A DNA stretch of 64,000 nt from Candidatus Latescibacterota bacterium. Its GTDB lineage: Bacteria > Latescibacterota > UBA2968 > UBA8231. Position 1 is the first letter of the stretch; each line of letters starts with the position of its first letter. Location of the stretch: NCBI GenBank assembly GCA_964291625.2, contig OZ220089.1, positions 1-64,000 of the forward strand, read 5' to 3'. The notes beneath the pieces were generated by a model, which did not search any database, was not told the DNA's origin, and saw nothing but the letters and a program-made list of their open reading frames with translations. A program made the translations under genes and the position numbers. Below, piece by piece: positions 10,605 through 19,457 of this stretch.

Positions 10605-13600
10605 AGGTGCTTCCTCACGATCGAGTCACGCCGCCGCCGGGCAAAGTCGGCCACCTCGGGGGTGACCTGGGCGTTGCCCGTCTCCTCCTGGTCGATGATC
10701 TCCTGGAAGACCCCCACGGCCCGCTCCCACTCCTTCAGCCGCTGCAGGCAGACGCCGGCGTTGACTTTGGCCCCCACGCCGCCGGGGGTGTCCGGGTAGC
10801 GGCGCCATACCTCCTCCAGGGAGGCCAGGGAGCCGCGCAGCTGGTCCTCGTCCTCCTCCTCGACCGCGCGGTTGAACCGCTCCATGGCGGCGGTGTACTC
10901 CTGGAAGGCGATCACCTCCCGCAGTTGGGGCAGCACGGCGGCGGCCTCCTCGGCGGCCTCCGATCCCGGATGCTCGTCGAGGATGCGGCGGAACAGCTCG
11001 TGGGCGCGCTCGTACTCGCCGGCGTTGAAGCTCATCTCGGCGAGGGTGTAGCGCACCCTCGGCAGGTGCCGGCCCCGGGGATGGCGCCCGGCGTACTCCG
11101 AGAACGCCCGCACCGTCTCCTCTCCGGCCTGGTTCTCCCCGGAGGCGTTGGCCAGGCACCAGGCGATGTTGTAGAGGGCGTCCTCGGCCAGGCTGCTGGA
11201 GGGATGCTCGTCCACGACCCGCCGGTAGTTGCGCCGCGCCCTGTCGTACCGGTCGAGGTTGAACTGGCTCTCGGCCAGGCGGAAGAGGGCGTCGGCCGCC
11301 ACGTCCAGGTGCGGGTAGCGCTCCACCACCTCCTCGAAGTGGCCGATCGCTTCGCCGAAGCGGGCCTGGTTGTAGTGGGCGAATCCGAGATAGTAGCGGG
11401 CGCGGCCGGCGTCCTCGTGCCCCGGGTGGCGCTCGAGGAGCCGCCCGAGGCGGCCCACCGCCAGCTCGTGGCGGTCGAGCTGGAGCGCCGCCAGCCCGCC
11501 CAGGAGCAGGAAGTCCGGCGCGTAGAACCCCTCCGGCCAGCGCTCGAGGCCGGAGGCCGCCGCGGCCTCGGCGGCCCCCACCTCCCCGAGCTGGATGCCG
11601 GCGTCGGCGAGCAGGTAGAGGGCCTTCTCGCGCACGTGGTACGGACGTCCCTCGGGCAGGCTCTCCCCCTCCTCGAACTCCAGCTCCGCGATGCGCCGGC
11701 AGGCGGCGGCGGCCTCCCCGTAGCGCCCCTCGCGGAAGGCGATTTCCCCCTGGGCGAGGTAGAGCTCGGCCCGCTCCAGGGGCGTCTGGGCGCTTCGGGC
11801 CAGCCGGCCGTAGAGCTCCAGGGCTTCCCCGGTCCGCCCCGACGAGGTGTAGGCCGTGGCCAGCAGGCGGGGGGCGGAGGCCCTTAGCTCGGGCTCGGTC
11901 CAGTCCCGCTCCAGGTCGACCAGGGCCTCGGCGGTGCGGCCGAGGCGGAAGAGGGTGACGGCGCGTCCGTAGGCGGCCCTCTCCTCCAGGTCGGGACCGG
12001 CGGCTTCGGCGGCGGCGGAGAACTCGGGCAGAGCGGCCTGGTGATCGCCGAGGCGCGAGTACGAGGCGCCCAGCAGGTAGCGGGACAGCGCCAGGGACCG
12101 GGGCTCCTGCTCCTCGACCTCCAGGCCGACCCGGAGGACCTCGATCGCCCGCCGCGGCTCCTCCTGCAGAAGCAGGATCTGTCCGGCCTCCTGCCGGGAG
12201 CGGCCGTAGAGGCCGGCCTCGGGGTCTACCTCCAGGAACTGCTCGACCGCCGCCTCCGGGTCGCCCGCGTCCCTGAGCACCTGGGCGAGCTCGAAGCGGG
12301 CCATCTCCGCCTCCGGCCGGTCGCCGAACCCGTCGATGAGGCGCCGGTACCCGGCGGCGGCCTCGGCGTGGCGGCCGGCCCCATGGTCGATCCGGGCGAC
12401 CTGGAAGAGGGCGCTCATGCGGTAGCCGCCGTCGCCGGCGGCGGCTACCCCGAGGAACAGCTCCCGGGCCTCCCGCAGCCGGCCGCCGCCGCCCTGCAGC
12501 TGCATGGCGAGGGCCAGGTTGAAGCGCAGCTCGGCCTCGTAGTCGGAGCCCGGGTAGGCGCCCAGGGTCTGGCGCAGCTCGGCCTCGGCCCGGCGCAGGT
12601 AGTCCGATCCCTCGTCGCCGGACCGGCCCTCAGCGCGGCGGAACCAGGCCCTGGCGATCTGCAGCCCCGCTCCCTCGACGCTGAGCCCGGCCTGGGCGGC
12701 GCGGGCCTCGTAGAGGTTCCGGTAGCGGTCGTACTCGCGCACCGCCTCCTCGTAGTTCTCCAGCTCGAAGTGGCGGTTGGCGAGCAGGAGCTGCATGCGG
12801 GCCTTGCCGAAGGGGTCCCGCTGGGCCTCGATGGCCCGGCGGTAGACATCGATGCAGGACTCGACGTCCCCCCGGCCGCAATACATGTCGGCGTGGCGCA
12901 GGTAGGCCTCCTCGGCCAGCCGGCGTTCCTCGGCGAACTGGGTGGCCACCACCTCGAAGGCCTCGGCCGCCCCCGCGAGGTCGCCGGTCTCGGCGTGGCA
13001 GAGTCCGATCCGGAGCAGCGCCTTGGCCGCCAGCTCAAGGGCGGTCTCGTCCACCAGTCCGGCGATCTTCTCCCGCTTCATCAGCAGGATCTCGCGCTCC
13101 GACATCCGGCCGATGCGCTGGGAGTCGACGAGGCGCCGATAGCGCGGGATCGCCTCGGAGCAGCGGCCGAGCCGGACGTAGGCCTCGCCGAGCTGGAACA
13201 GGGCCCGGTGGACGCGGTAGCCGCTAGAGAACCGCTCCACCAGCCGCTCGAAGGCGTCGATGCTGCGGCCGTACTCCTCCTGGTCGTACCAGGCCCAGCC
13301 GATGTCGTACATGGCGTTGATGACGTACTTGCTGCCGGGATAGCGCTCGATCAGCAGCCGCGCCCCCTCGATGGCCCGGGGGTAGTCCTGCATCCCGTAC
13401 CAGCAGGAGACCGCCTGGCTGCGGGCCAGGGCCTTGAGGGCCGGCTGCGACGAGGCCGCCTCGGTCTCCACGAAGAGGGCGGCGGCCTTCTCGTAGAGCC
13501 GGGAGGCCTCGGCCCCGAGCCGGACGCCCTCCTCCGGATCGCGGGCGCGCCCGGCCCGGGCCTGTGCTTCCCTGGCCATCTTGAGGTGGGCGTTGCCGGT

Positions 13601-13849
13601 CTGGTAACGGGCGACCTCCCGCAGCGGCGCGGTGATGTCCCCCACCGTGACCAGGACCGTTTCGCCGTCGAGGAAGGGGCTCTCGGTGGCGGCGATCCCC
13701 TCGTACTTCTCCAGGGCCTGGTCCCAGGCCCCGGAGGAGTAGAACCTCTGGGCCTCGGCGAAGGAGGCCTGCAGCTCCTCCCTCGTCGGCGACAGGCGGG
13801 AGGCCGCGACCATCGCCGCGAGGAGGCCCAGGATCGTCAGCTTGACCAT
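10601..13849 (-). CDS. Large periplasmic TPR protein (BamD/CpoB-like repeats), 1082 aa
   Basis: N-terminal hydrophobic signal or anchor; many TPRs with YPGS/HPSS turns (ALFQLGEAY, ALFRLAESQF, ALYNIAWC). Confidence 0.85.
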   Translation of the reverse strand: MVKLTILGLLAAMVAASRLSPTREELQASFAEAQRFYSSGAWDQALEKYEGIAATESPFLDGETVLVTVGDITAPLREVARYQTGNAHLKMAREAQARAGRARDPEEGVRLGAEASRLYEKAAALFVETEAASSQPALKALARSQAVSCWYGMQDYPRAIEGARLLIERYPGSKYVINAMYDIGWAWYDQEEYGRSIDAFERLVERFSSGYRVHRALFQLGEAYVRLGRCSEAIPRYRRLVDSQRIGRMSEREILLMKREKIAGLVDETALELAAKALLRIGLCHAETGDLAGAAEAFEVVATQFAEERRLAEEAYLRHADMYCGRGDVESCIDVYRRAIEAQRDPFGKARMQLLLANRHFELENYEEAVREYDRYRNLYEARAAQAGLSVEGAGLQIARAWFRRAEGRSGDEGSDYLRRAEAELRQTLGAYPGSDYEAELRFNLALAMQLQGGGGRLREARELFLGVAAAGDGGYRMSALFQVARIDHGAGRHAEAAAGYRRLIDGFGDRPEAEMARFELAQVLRDAGDPEAAVEQFLEVDPEAGLYGRSRQEAGQILLLQEEPRRAIEVLRVGLEVEEQEPRSLALSRYLLGASYSRLGDHQAALPEFSAAAEAAGPDLEERAAYGRAVTLFRLGRTAEALVDLERDWTEPELRASAPRLLATAYTSSGRTGEALELYGRLARSAQTPLERAELYLAQGEIAFREGRYGEAAAACRRIAELEFEEGESLPEGRPYHVREKALYLLADAGIQLGEVGAAEAAAASGLERWPEGFYAPDFLLLGGLAALQLDRHELAVGRLGRLLERHPGHEDAGRARYYLGFAHYNQARFGEAIGHFEEVVERYPHLDVAADALFRLAESQFNLDRYDRARRNYRRVVDEHPSSSLAEDALYNIAWCLANASGENQAGEETVRAFSEYAGRHPRGRHLPRVRYTLAEMSFNAGEYERAHELFRRILDEHPGSEAAEEAAAVLPQLREVIAFQEYTAAMERFNRAVEEEDEDQLRGSLASLEEVWRRYPDTPGGVGAKVNAGVCLQRLKEWERAVGVFQEIIDQEETGNAQVTPEVADFARRRRDSIVRKHL

Positions 13850-13856
13850 GCTCCCC

Positions 13857-16682
13857 TCATTCGTCGAAGCCGAGGATGACGTTCATGAAGAGGGTCGTGG
13901 CCTCCCAGTTCTCGGCCGCCCGCAGGGGGTCGCCGAACTCGCGCGACCTCCTTCTCACCCCCAGGTTCATGGCGACCTCGTAGCCGAAGTAGGGCGAGAG
14001 GTTGGTCAACTGCAGCACCCGCGACCTCTCGTCGATGCTGTTGAAGCCGTCGGCGCGGTCGACGACGCGCACCGGCAGCCCCGGCACCCCCTCCAGGCCG
14101 AACCACAGGCGGGTGTTGGCGGTCAGCCGGTAGCGCACCTTCACGATCGGCAGCAGGGTCCACTCGTTGACCAGGTCCACGGGCAGACTCTCCCGGGCGC
14201 GGCGGAAGACCATCGCCTTGAACTGTCCCGTGAGCTGCCACGACCGGGCCGGCTCCCACACGTACTCGCTCCGCGCCACGGCGGTGAGCAGCCCCAGGCG
14301 GTCGGGGGGCTGGTGGCTGCCGTCGGCGAGCCGGCTCGGGCGCTGGCGGTTGACCGCGTAGCGGGCGTTCCCCCACAGGCGCAGGCCGGGAGCTGCCCTC
14401 CACTCCCCCTCCAGGTAGTGCTGGCGGTCGACGCTGTCCCGCCACTCCAGGTTGTCCTTGAAGATGCGCCTTCCGTAGCGCGGGAAGGTCCCCCCTCCCG
14501 TGAGCCGCTCCGAGAACACCTGGTAGGGGTTCTCCACGTCGTCGTGGAGCCGCTGCCACAGGATCTCGGCCCGGAGTCGGCCCCGGTCGGGGTCGACGAG
14601 CTCCAGGGACAGGCGTCCGTACAGGCTCTCGTTGCGCCCGCCCCCGGCGATGCCCCGCGCGTGCAGGCGGCCGGCGGTCAGACCGAGGCCGCGGGGCAGG
14701 TGCAGGCGGCCGTAGAGGTGGGTGCCCCGCTGGTCGAGGTCGTAGGGGAAGTCGGGGCGCAGGTCGTCCTCGCGCTCGTCGACGATGCCGTTGTTGTTCC
14801 AGTCCCGCCCGTAGACGAAGGCGTCGGGCTCGACGTCGAAACGCAGGAAGGGCTCCAGGTAGTCGGGCAGGTCGTTGCCGTTGCGGTTGGTGTCGGGGAT
14901 GCCGTCGTTGTCGTCGTCCTTGCCGGGAAAGACGCCGTCGGGATCGTACTCGGGGGAGGTCCAGAAGATCACCGGCCGGTGGCCCGGGCCGAGGTCGGGA
15001 TAGCGGTCGTCGTCGTCGTTGTCCTCCACGAAACCGCCGCTGAACTCCTCCTCGATGGAGAACGCCTCGCCGCCGCCTTCGACCGCGCCCCGGCGCCAGC
15101 TCCCGGTCACGTACCAGGCCCCGGAGGAGGTGCGGCTGCGGTCCCCGTTCCACCGGCGCAGTTGCGCCGACTCGCTCAGGCGGCGGAAGCCGGGCCGGCC
15201 GTCGGGATACTGGCGGTGCTCCACGCTGCGCGCGTACTCCCAGCGGACCCGGGCCCCGGCCGCCTCCCAGGAGCCGTCGACGCCCCACAGGGCCCGGCCC
15301 GTCCAGCCGCCCACGTCCAGCCGCACCCAGTCCAGGTTCGACAGGTCCTGCACGTTGCCGGGGGCCCGGACCCCGGCCCGGACCCCGGGGGTCTCCCGGA
15401 TGTTGTTGCCGCCGACGATCCTCCCCGTGATCAGCCCGCCGCCGGTGCTCCAGAGGAACTCCTCCTTGTTGTTGCTGGCCTTCGTCTGGAACAGGCCGAC
15501 CACGTCGACGCGGTAGTCGTTGCCCACCAGGGCCTCCACCTGGGCGGCGCGCACGTAGGGCTCGCCGCGCAGGTCGTAGAACAGGAGCACCGCCTCGTGG
15601 CCGTCGGCCCGCAGCTGCCCGGGTCCCGGCGGCAGCGGCTCCACCCAGCGCAGGAGCTCCGGCAGGTTCACGAGCCGGCTCACGTCCTCGCCGGCGAGGT
15701 GGCGCTGCAGGTAGAACACGTCGGCGAAGCGGGTCCCCTCGTCCTCGTAGACGGTGCGCAGGAACCCCGTCCCCGTGGGGATGCCGACGGCCGTGGGATT
15801 CTGGGCGTCGATGCGCACGGCGAAGGGCTGCAGGTCGGGGCGGAGCTGGCCGTCCAGGTAGAGCCTCACGTCGTTGATCACCGCCCCGGCCGTGCGGTCC
15901 TCGGGGGAGTCGTCGGCGAAGCGCACGATGAGGAAGCTCGGAAGCACCTGGGGCGACTGCAGGCCCCCGCGCATGCTGAACTCCGCCTGGTCCGAGTCGA
16001 AGAGGTGGAAGTTCACCCCGGTGAGGCCGAGGCTGGCGGCCCCCACCCGGACCTCGCCGTGGCCGCCCAGCAGCAGGGCCGCGTCCCGGGCCTCCTCGGA
16101 GATGTCGACCTGCCACCAGGTCGGGGCCTGGCCGTACTGGTCGCCGGAGACCGGGCCCATCCAGCGCTCGGCGATGGTGGTGAAGCGGGCGCGGCCGGTC
16201 TCGGCGTCGAGGCGGACCCCGTCGAAGCCCGCCAGCCTCAGGGTGAGGGGTGTGAAGGTGGTGCGGATCTCGCTGCCGATGACGAGGGCCGTGGCCCACC
16301 CCTTGTGGGACTCCCGGGCCACAATGTTGCGCCCGAAGCGGTCCCAGCGGGCCCGGTTCTCCACCGGCAGGGGCAGTCGCCGGGAACTGCCCGCCGACTC
16401 GGTGAAGGTGTTGGTCCGCGTCTCCCGCCAGTCGTAGACGTCGTATCCCTTGATCAGGAAGTTCCCCATGGGCCCGTAGTGGTTGACCCGGGAGTAGCGG
16501 CTCGAGTCGGGGATCACGTAGTCGGCGAAGCTGTAGTCGCGATAGCCGCGGCCGGGCCGGTAGAGGAAATCGCGGCTGGAGAGCCCCAAGGGGACCTCCG
16601 GCGCGGCGTCGGTGCCCGCCGGCCCCGCGCTCCCCGCCAGGAGGAGGAGGGCCGCGTATCCGAGGCGGGCCCGGCCCGTCAT
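13857..16682 (-). CDS. Secreted ~940-aa hypothetical protein, paralogue 3 (putative outer-membrane protein with acidic Ca-binding-type repeats)
   Basis: Signal peptide MTGRARLGYAALLLLAG; shares DDSPED, GNVQDLSNLDWV, VEDNDDDDRYPD, GVFPGKDDDNDGIPD and DWNNNGIVDEREDD blocks with the two neighbouring genes; amphipathic strands at the C-terminus. Confidence 0.75.
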   Translation of the reverse strand: MTGRARLGYAALLLLAGSAGPAGTDAAPEVPLGLSSRDFLYRPGRGYRDYSFADYVIPDSSRYSRVNHYGPMGNFLIKGYDVYDWRETRTNTFTESAGSSRRLPLPVENRARWDRFGRNIVARESHKGWATALVIGSEIRTTFTPLTLRLAGFDGVRLDAETGRARFTTIAERWMGPVSGDQYGQAPTWWQVDISEEARDAALLLGGHGEVRVGAASLGLTGVNFHLFDSDQAEFSMRGGLQSPQVLPSFLIVRFADDSPEDRTAGAVINDVRLYLDGQLRPDLQPFAVRIDAQNPTAVGIPTGTGFLRTVYEDEGTRFADVFYLQRHLAGEDVSRLVNLPELLRWVEPLPPGPGQLRADGHEAVLLFYDLRGEPYVRAAQVEALVGNDYRVDVVGLFQTKASNNKEEFLWSTGGGLITGRIVGGNNIRETPGVRAGVRAPGNVQDLSNLDWVRLDVGGWTGRALWGVDGSWEAAGARVRWEYARSVEHRQYPDGRPGFRRLSESAQLRRWNGDRSRTSSGAWYVTGSWRRGAVEGGGEAFSIEEEFSGGFVEDNDDDDRYPDLGPGHRPVIFWTSPEYDPDGVFPGKDDDNDGIPDTNRNGNDLPDYLEPFLRFDVEPDAFVYGRDWNNNGIVDEREDDLRPDFPYDLDQRGTHLYGRLHLPRGLGLTAGRLHARGIAGGGRNESLYGRLSLELVDPDRGRLRAEILWQRLHDDVENPYQVFSERLTGGGTFPRYGRRIFKDNLEWRDSVDRQHYLEGEWRAAPGLRLWGNARYAVNRQRPSRLADGSHQPPDRLGLLTAVARSEYVWEPARSWQLTGQFKAMVFRRARESLPVDLVNEWTLLPIVKVRYRLTANTRLWFGLEGVPGLPVRVVDRADGFNSIDERSRVLQLTNLSPYFGYEVAMNLGVRRRSREFGDPLRAAENWEATTLFMNVILGFDE

Positions 16683-19456
16683 CCCTGGAAGGGCTCCACG
16701 CCCATGACCAGCCGCAGGAAGAACACGGCGCGGTCGATGTTGCGCGCGTCCCGGCCCGCCTCCCGGAACCTCAGCTTCTTCAGGCGGTAGCCCATGTTGA
16801 GGGTCATGAGGTGGCCCTGGTAGGTGGTGGTGTTGGCGACCATGGCGACGTAGTCCCGGGAGGAGTAGTCGACGCCGCCGTGGAGCGGGTACCGGTAGCG
16901 GGCATCGAGGAAAGGCAGGCCCTGGGCCCCGGCGCGCAGGGAGGTCCGCGGCGTCAGGGCGTACTCGGCGAGCAGGATCGGGTAGAGCCGGCGCTCCGAG
17001 ACGGCATTGATCCGGCCCTCCTCGTCCCGCCTGCTGTAGGCCATGTACTTCACCTGGGGCGTGAGGGTGAGGGCCCGCAGCCGCCACCGGTAGTCCGCGC
17101 GCAGCACCCAGGCCAGCTCGCGGATGGTGTTGGCCGGCTGCCGGGAGGTCCGCCTCTGCAGGTTGAGGGTGTGCTTGAGCCGGCTGTCGACGGTCAGGTC
17201 CGCGACGCGCAGGAAGGTGGCCTCGAGCCAGGCGATATTCACGACACTGTCCCTCATGAGCAGCTCGTCGCCGACCTCGGCGGTGTAGTAGTCGTCGTTG
17301 CCCGGCACCGGATCCATGGGGACCGCGTGCTGCTCGAACCAGGCGAGCCTCGGCGCGTCGTCGGTGATGTCGTCGCGGACGCGCTTGAGGGTGTTGGAGA
17401 AGTCGATTCTCCCGTAGGGGTAGAGGGGGTGGTCGTACTTCAGCCGCGCATAGGCGACGTGGTTGCGGCCCCCGCCCCACACCTGCCGGACCCGGAACCC
17501 GCCCAAGGTCAGGGTCAGGTCGTCGGCGGCTTCGAACCCCACGAAGAGATGATGCCCCCTCGTGTCGGCGTCGTAGGGATAGTCGGGGTCGCGGTCGTCC
17601 TCCCTGTCGTCGGTGACGCCGTTGTTGTTCCAGTCGTCGCCGCGGGCGTACTCCGGGGGGTCGACGTGGTAGAGGAAGAAGGGCTCGAGATAGTCGGGGA
17701 CGGCGTTGCCGTTCTCGTTGACATCGGCGCGGCCGTCCTGGTCCTGGTCGAGGCCCGGAAAGACGCCGTCCACGTCGCCGAAGCTGCTCTGCAGGAAGTG
17801 GAAGTCCGGGCGCAGGTCCTTGTCGTCGTTGTCGTCCACCGTGTCGAGCTCGAGGGTGTTGTTGTAGCGCTCCGCCCAGTTGGGGTCGACCTCGCCTCGG
17901 AAGGGGCTGCCCTCGATGTCGGTGTAGCTGCGGAAGACGGTGCTCTGGATGGCCAGCGAAGTCCCGTACAGGGGGTCCATGCGGAACAGCTCGCCGCCCA
18001 CCTGGAACCGGTCGAACCGCCGGGTGGCGTTGATGAAGAAGGCGTTCCCCGAGCGCCGCTGCCACCGCTTCCGGCCCGGGGCCGTGGGGTACTGACGGAA
18101 GTCGAGGCTCCGGGCCCACTCGGAGCGCACCTGGAACCCGAGGCTCTCCAGCTCGATGCGGGCGCTGGCCACGGTGCGCCCGCTCTGCCGGCCGTACTCG
18201 AACTCGACCCACCGCAGGTTGCTGCCGTCCTGCACGTTGCCTATCTGGGCGGCGACCTCGTGGAAGTACGAGGCCTGCTGCCCGAAACCGCCCACCCCGG
18301 AGGCCAGGGGCTGGACCTCGGCGATGCTGATGGCGTAGTCGTTGGCCACGAGGGCGCGGAAGCGGACGGCCTCGACCCGGCCGCGCAGATCCTCGGGGAT
18401 CTCGAACCAGTAGATGAGGTACTCGCTGCCGTTGGCCTCGAGGTAGCCGCGCCCCTGCGGGTCCTCCAAGGGAAGCTCCCCCCTGGCGAACTGCAGGTAC
18501 GGCGGGATCGTGCGGTTGCGCGGGAACAGCCGGTCCCGGTTGGCGTTGGTCTGATCGCGCTGCCTGGAGTCGTGGCGGGTGACGCTCACGCGGACCGCGT
18601 CCCTCAGCTCCCCCGCCGCGTGCAGGTCCATGACGCGGGCTCCGCGGCCGTCGTCCGGGGATCCGTCGCCGACCTTGACGGCGATCATCATGGGGGGCAC
18701 GGTGCCGCTGGAGGGCAGCACGCCTCTCAGGGTGTGGTCCCCCCAGTCGATGAAGCTGTCCGTGCGGTTCAGGTTGACGTAGTTGAGGCCCACGTTCAGG
18801 GCGCCGATCTGCCGCTCCAGGTGGCCCCCCAGGAGGTAGGCCGGCTCCTGCCGCCGGCCGTGAAACTCGTTGTCCTCGGGGACCGCCCGGCCCACGTTGA
18901 GCTTGGCCGCGTAGATGGGGAAGTCGGCCCGCGAGGAGACCAGGGAGAGCCGGGTCGGTCCCGTGTCCATGTCCCATCGCACCCCGTTGAGGGCCGCCAG
19001 GTCGAGGGTCAGGGCCGTGAACTTGGTGCGGATGCGATCGCCCACGATGAGCCGGGCGGCCCGGTTCTTGTAGTTGTCCCGGGCCACCACCAGGTTGCTG
19101 ACCCAGTCCGAGTAGATCAGCCGCGACTGGCCGGCGGCGACCCCCCGCTGCCCGAAGGCCCGGTTCGACTTGTCGATCACGCTGCCGTTGCCGAATGCGA
19201 TCGACGGTCTCGTCTCTTCGCTGCTCCAGATCGTCGTGCCGCGCATGACGTAGCTGCCGAGGTCGTCGAAGACGGGCCTCCGTCTCTGCGACCAGGGATC
19301 GACGGCGTAGGGGTGGTAGCCGCTGCGGGCGTAGCTGTCCTCGTACTCCCCCCCCTCCTGGTAGAGCAACTGGGAGGAGGCCGCCCCCGGCCACGACAGG
19401 AGGCCCCACAGCCCCGCGAGGAGGGCAAGACCCGGGCGTCTGGCGCGGCCGGCCAT
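16679..19456 (-). CDS. Secreted 925-aa hypothetical protein, paralogue 2
   Basis: Signal peptide; LLGGHLER, GNVQDGSNLRWVEFEYG, VDDNDDKD, GVFPGLDQDQDG, DDWNNNGVTDDREDDRDPDYPYD. Confidence 0.75.
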   Translation of the reverse strand: MAGRARRPGLALLAGLWGLLSWPGAASSQLLYQEGGEYEDSYARSGYHPYAVDPWSQRRRPVFDDLGSYVMRGTTIWSSEETRPSIAFGNGSVIDKSNRAFGQRGVAAGQSRLIYSDWVSNLVVARDNYKNRAARLIVGDRIRTKFTALTLDLAALNGVRWDMDTGPTRLSLVSSRADFPIYAAKLNVGRAVPEDNEFHGRRQEPAYLLGGHLERQIGALNVGLNYVNLNRTDSFIDWGDHTLRGVLPSSGTVPPMMIAVKVGDGSPDDGRGARVMDLHAAGELRDAVRVSVTRHDSRQRDQTNANRDRLFPRNRTIPPYLQFARGELPLEDPQGRGYLEANGSEYLIYWFEIPEDLRGRVEAVRFRALVANDYAISIAEVQPLASGVGGFGQQASYFHEVAAQIGNVQDGSNLRWVEFEYGRQSGRTVASARIELESLGFQVRSEWARSLDFRQYPTAPGRKRWQRRSGNAFFINATRRFDRFQVGGELFRMDPLYGTSLAIQSTVFRSYTDIEGSPFRGEVDPNWAERYNNTLELDTVDDNDDKDLRPDFHFLQSSFGDVDGVFPGLDQDQDGRADVNENGNAVPDYLEPFFLYHVDPPEYARGDDWNNNGVTDDREDDRDPDYPYDADTRGHHLFVGFEAADDLTLTLGGFRVRQVWGGGRNHVAYARLKYDHPLYPYGRIDFSNTLKRVRDDITDDAPRLAWFEQHAVPMDPVPGNDDYYTAEVGDELLMRDSVVNIAWLEATFLRVADLTVDSRLKHTLNLQRRTSRQPANTIRELAWVLRADYRWRLRALTLTPQVKYMAYSRRDEEGRINAVSERRLYPILLAEYALTPRTSLRAGAQGLPFLDARYRYPLHGGVDYSSRDYVAMVANTTTYQGHLMTLNMGYRLKKLRFREAGRDARNIDRAVFFLRLVMGVEPFQG

Positions 19457-19457
19457 G

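Noticed and set aside
13857-19409. 1850-aa giant ORF
   Set aside because: The first ~900 aa are an off-frame shadow of the 16679-19456 gene; the real start is ATG 16682.
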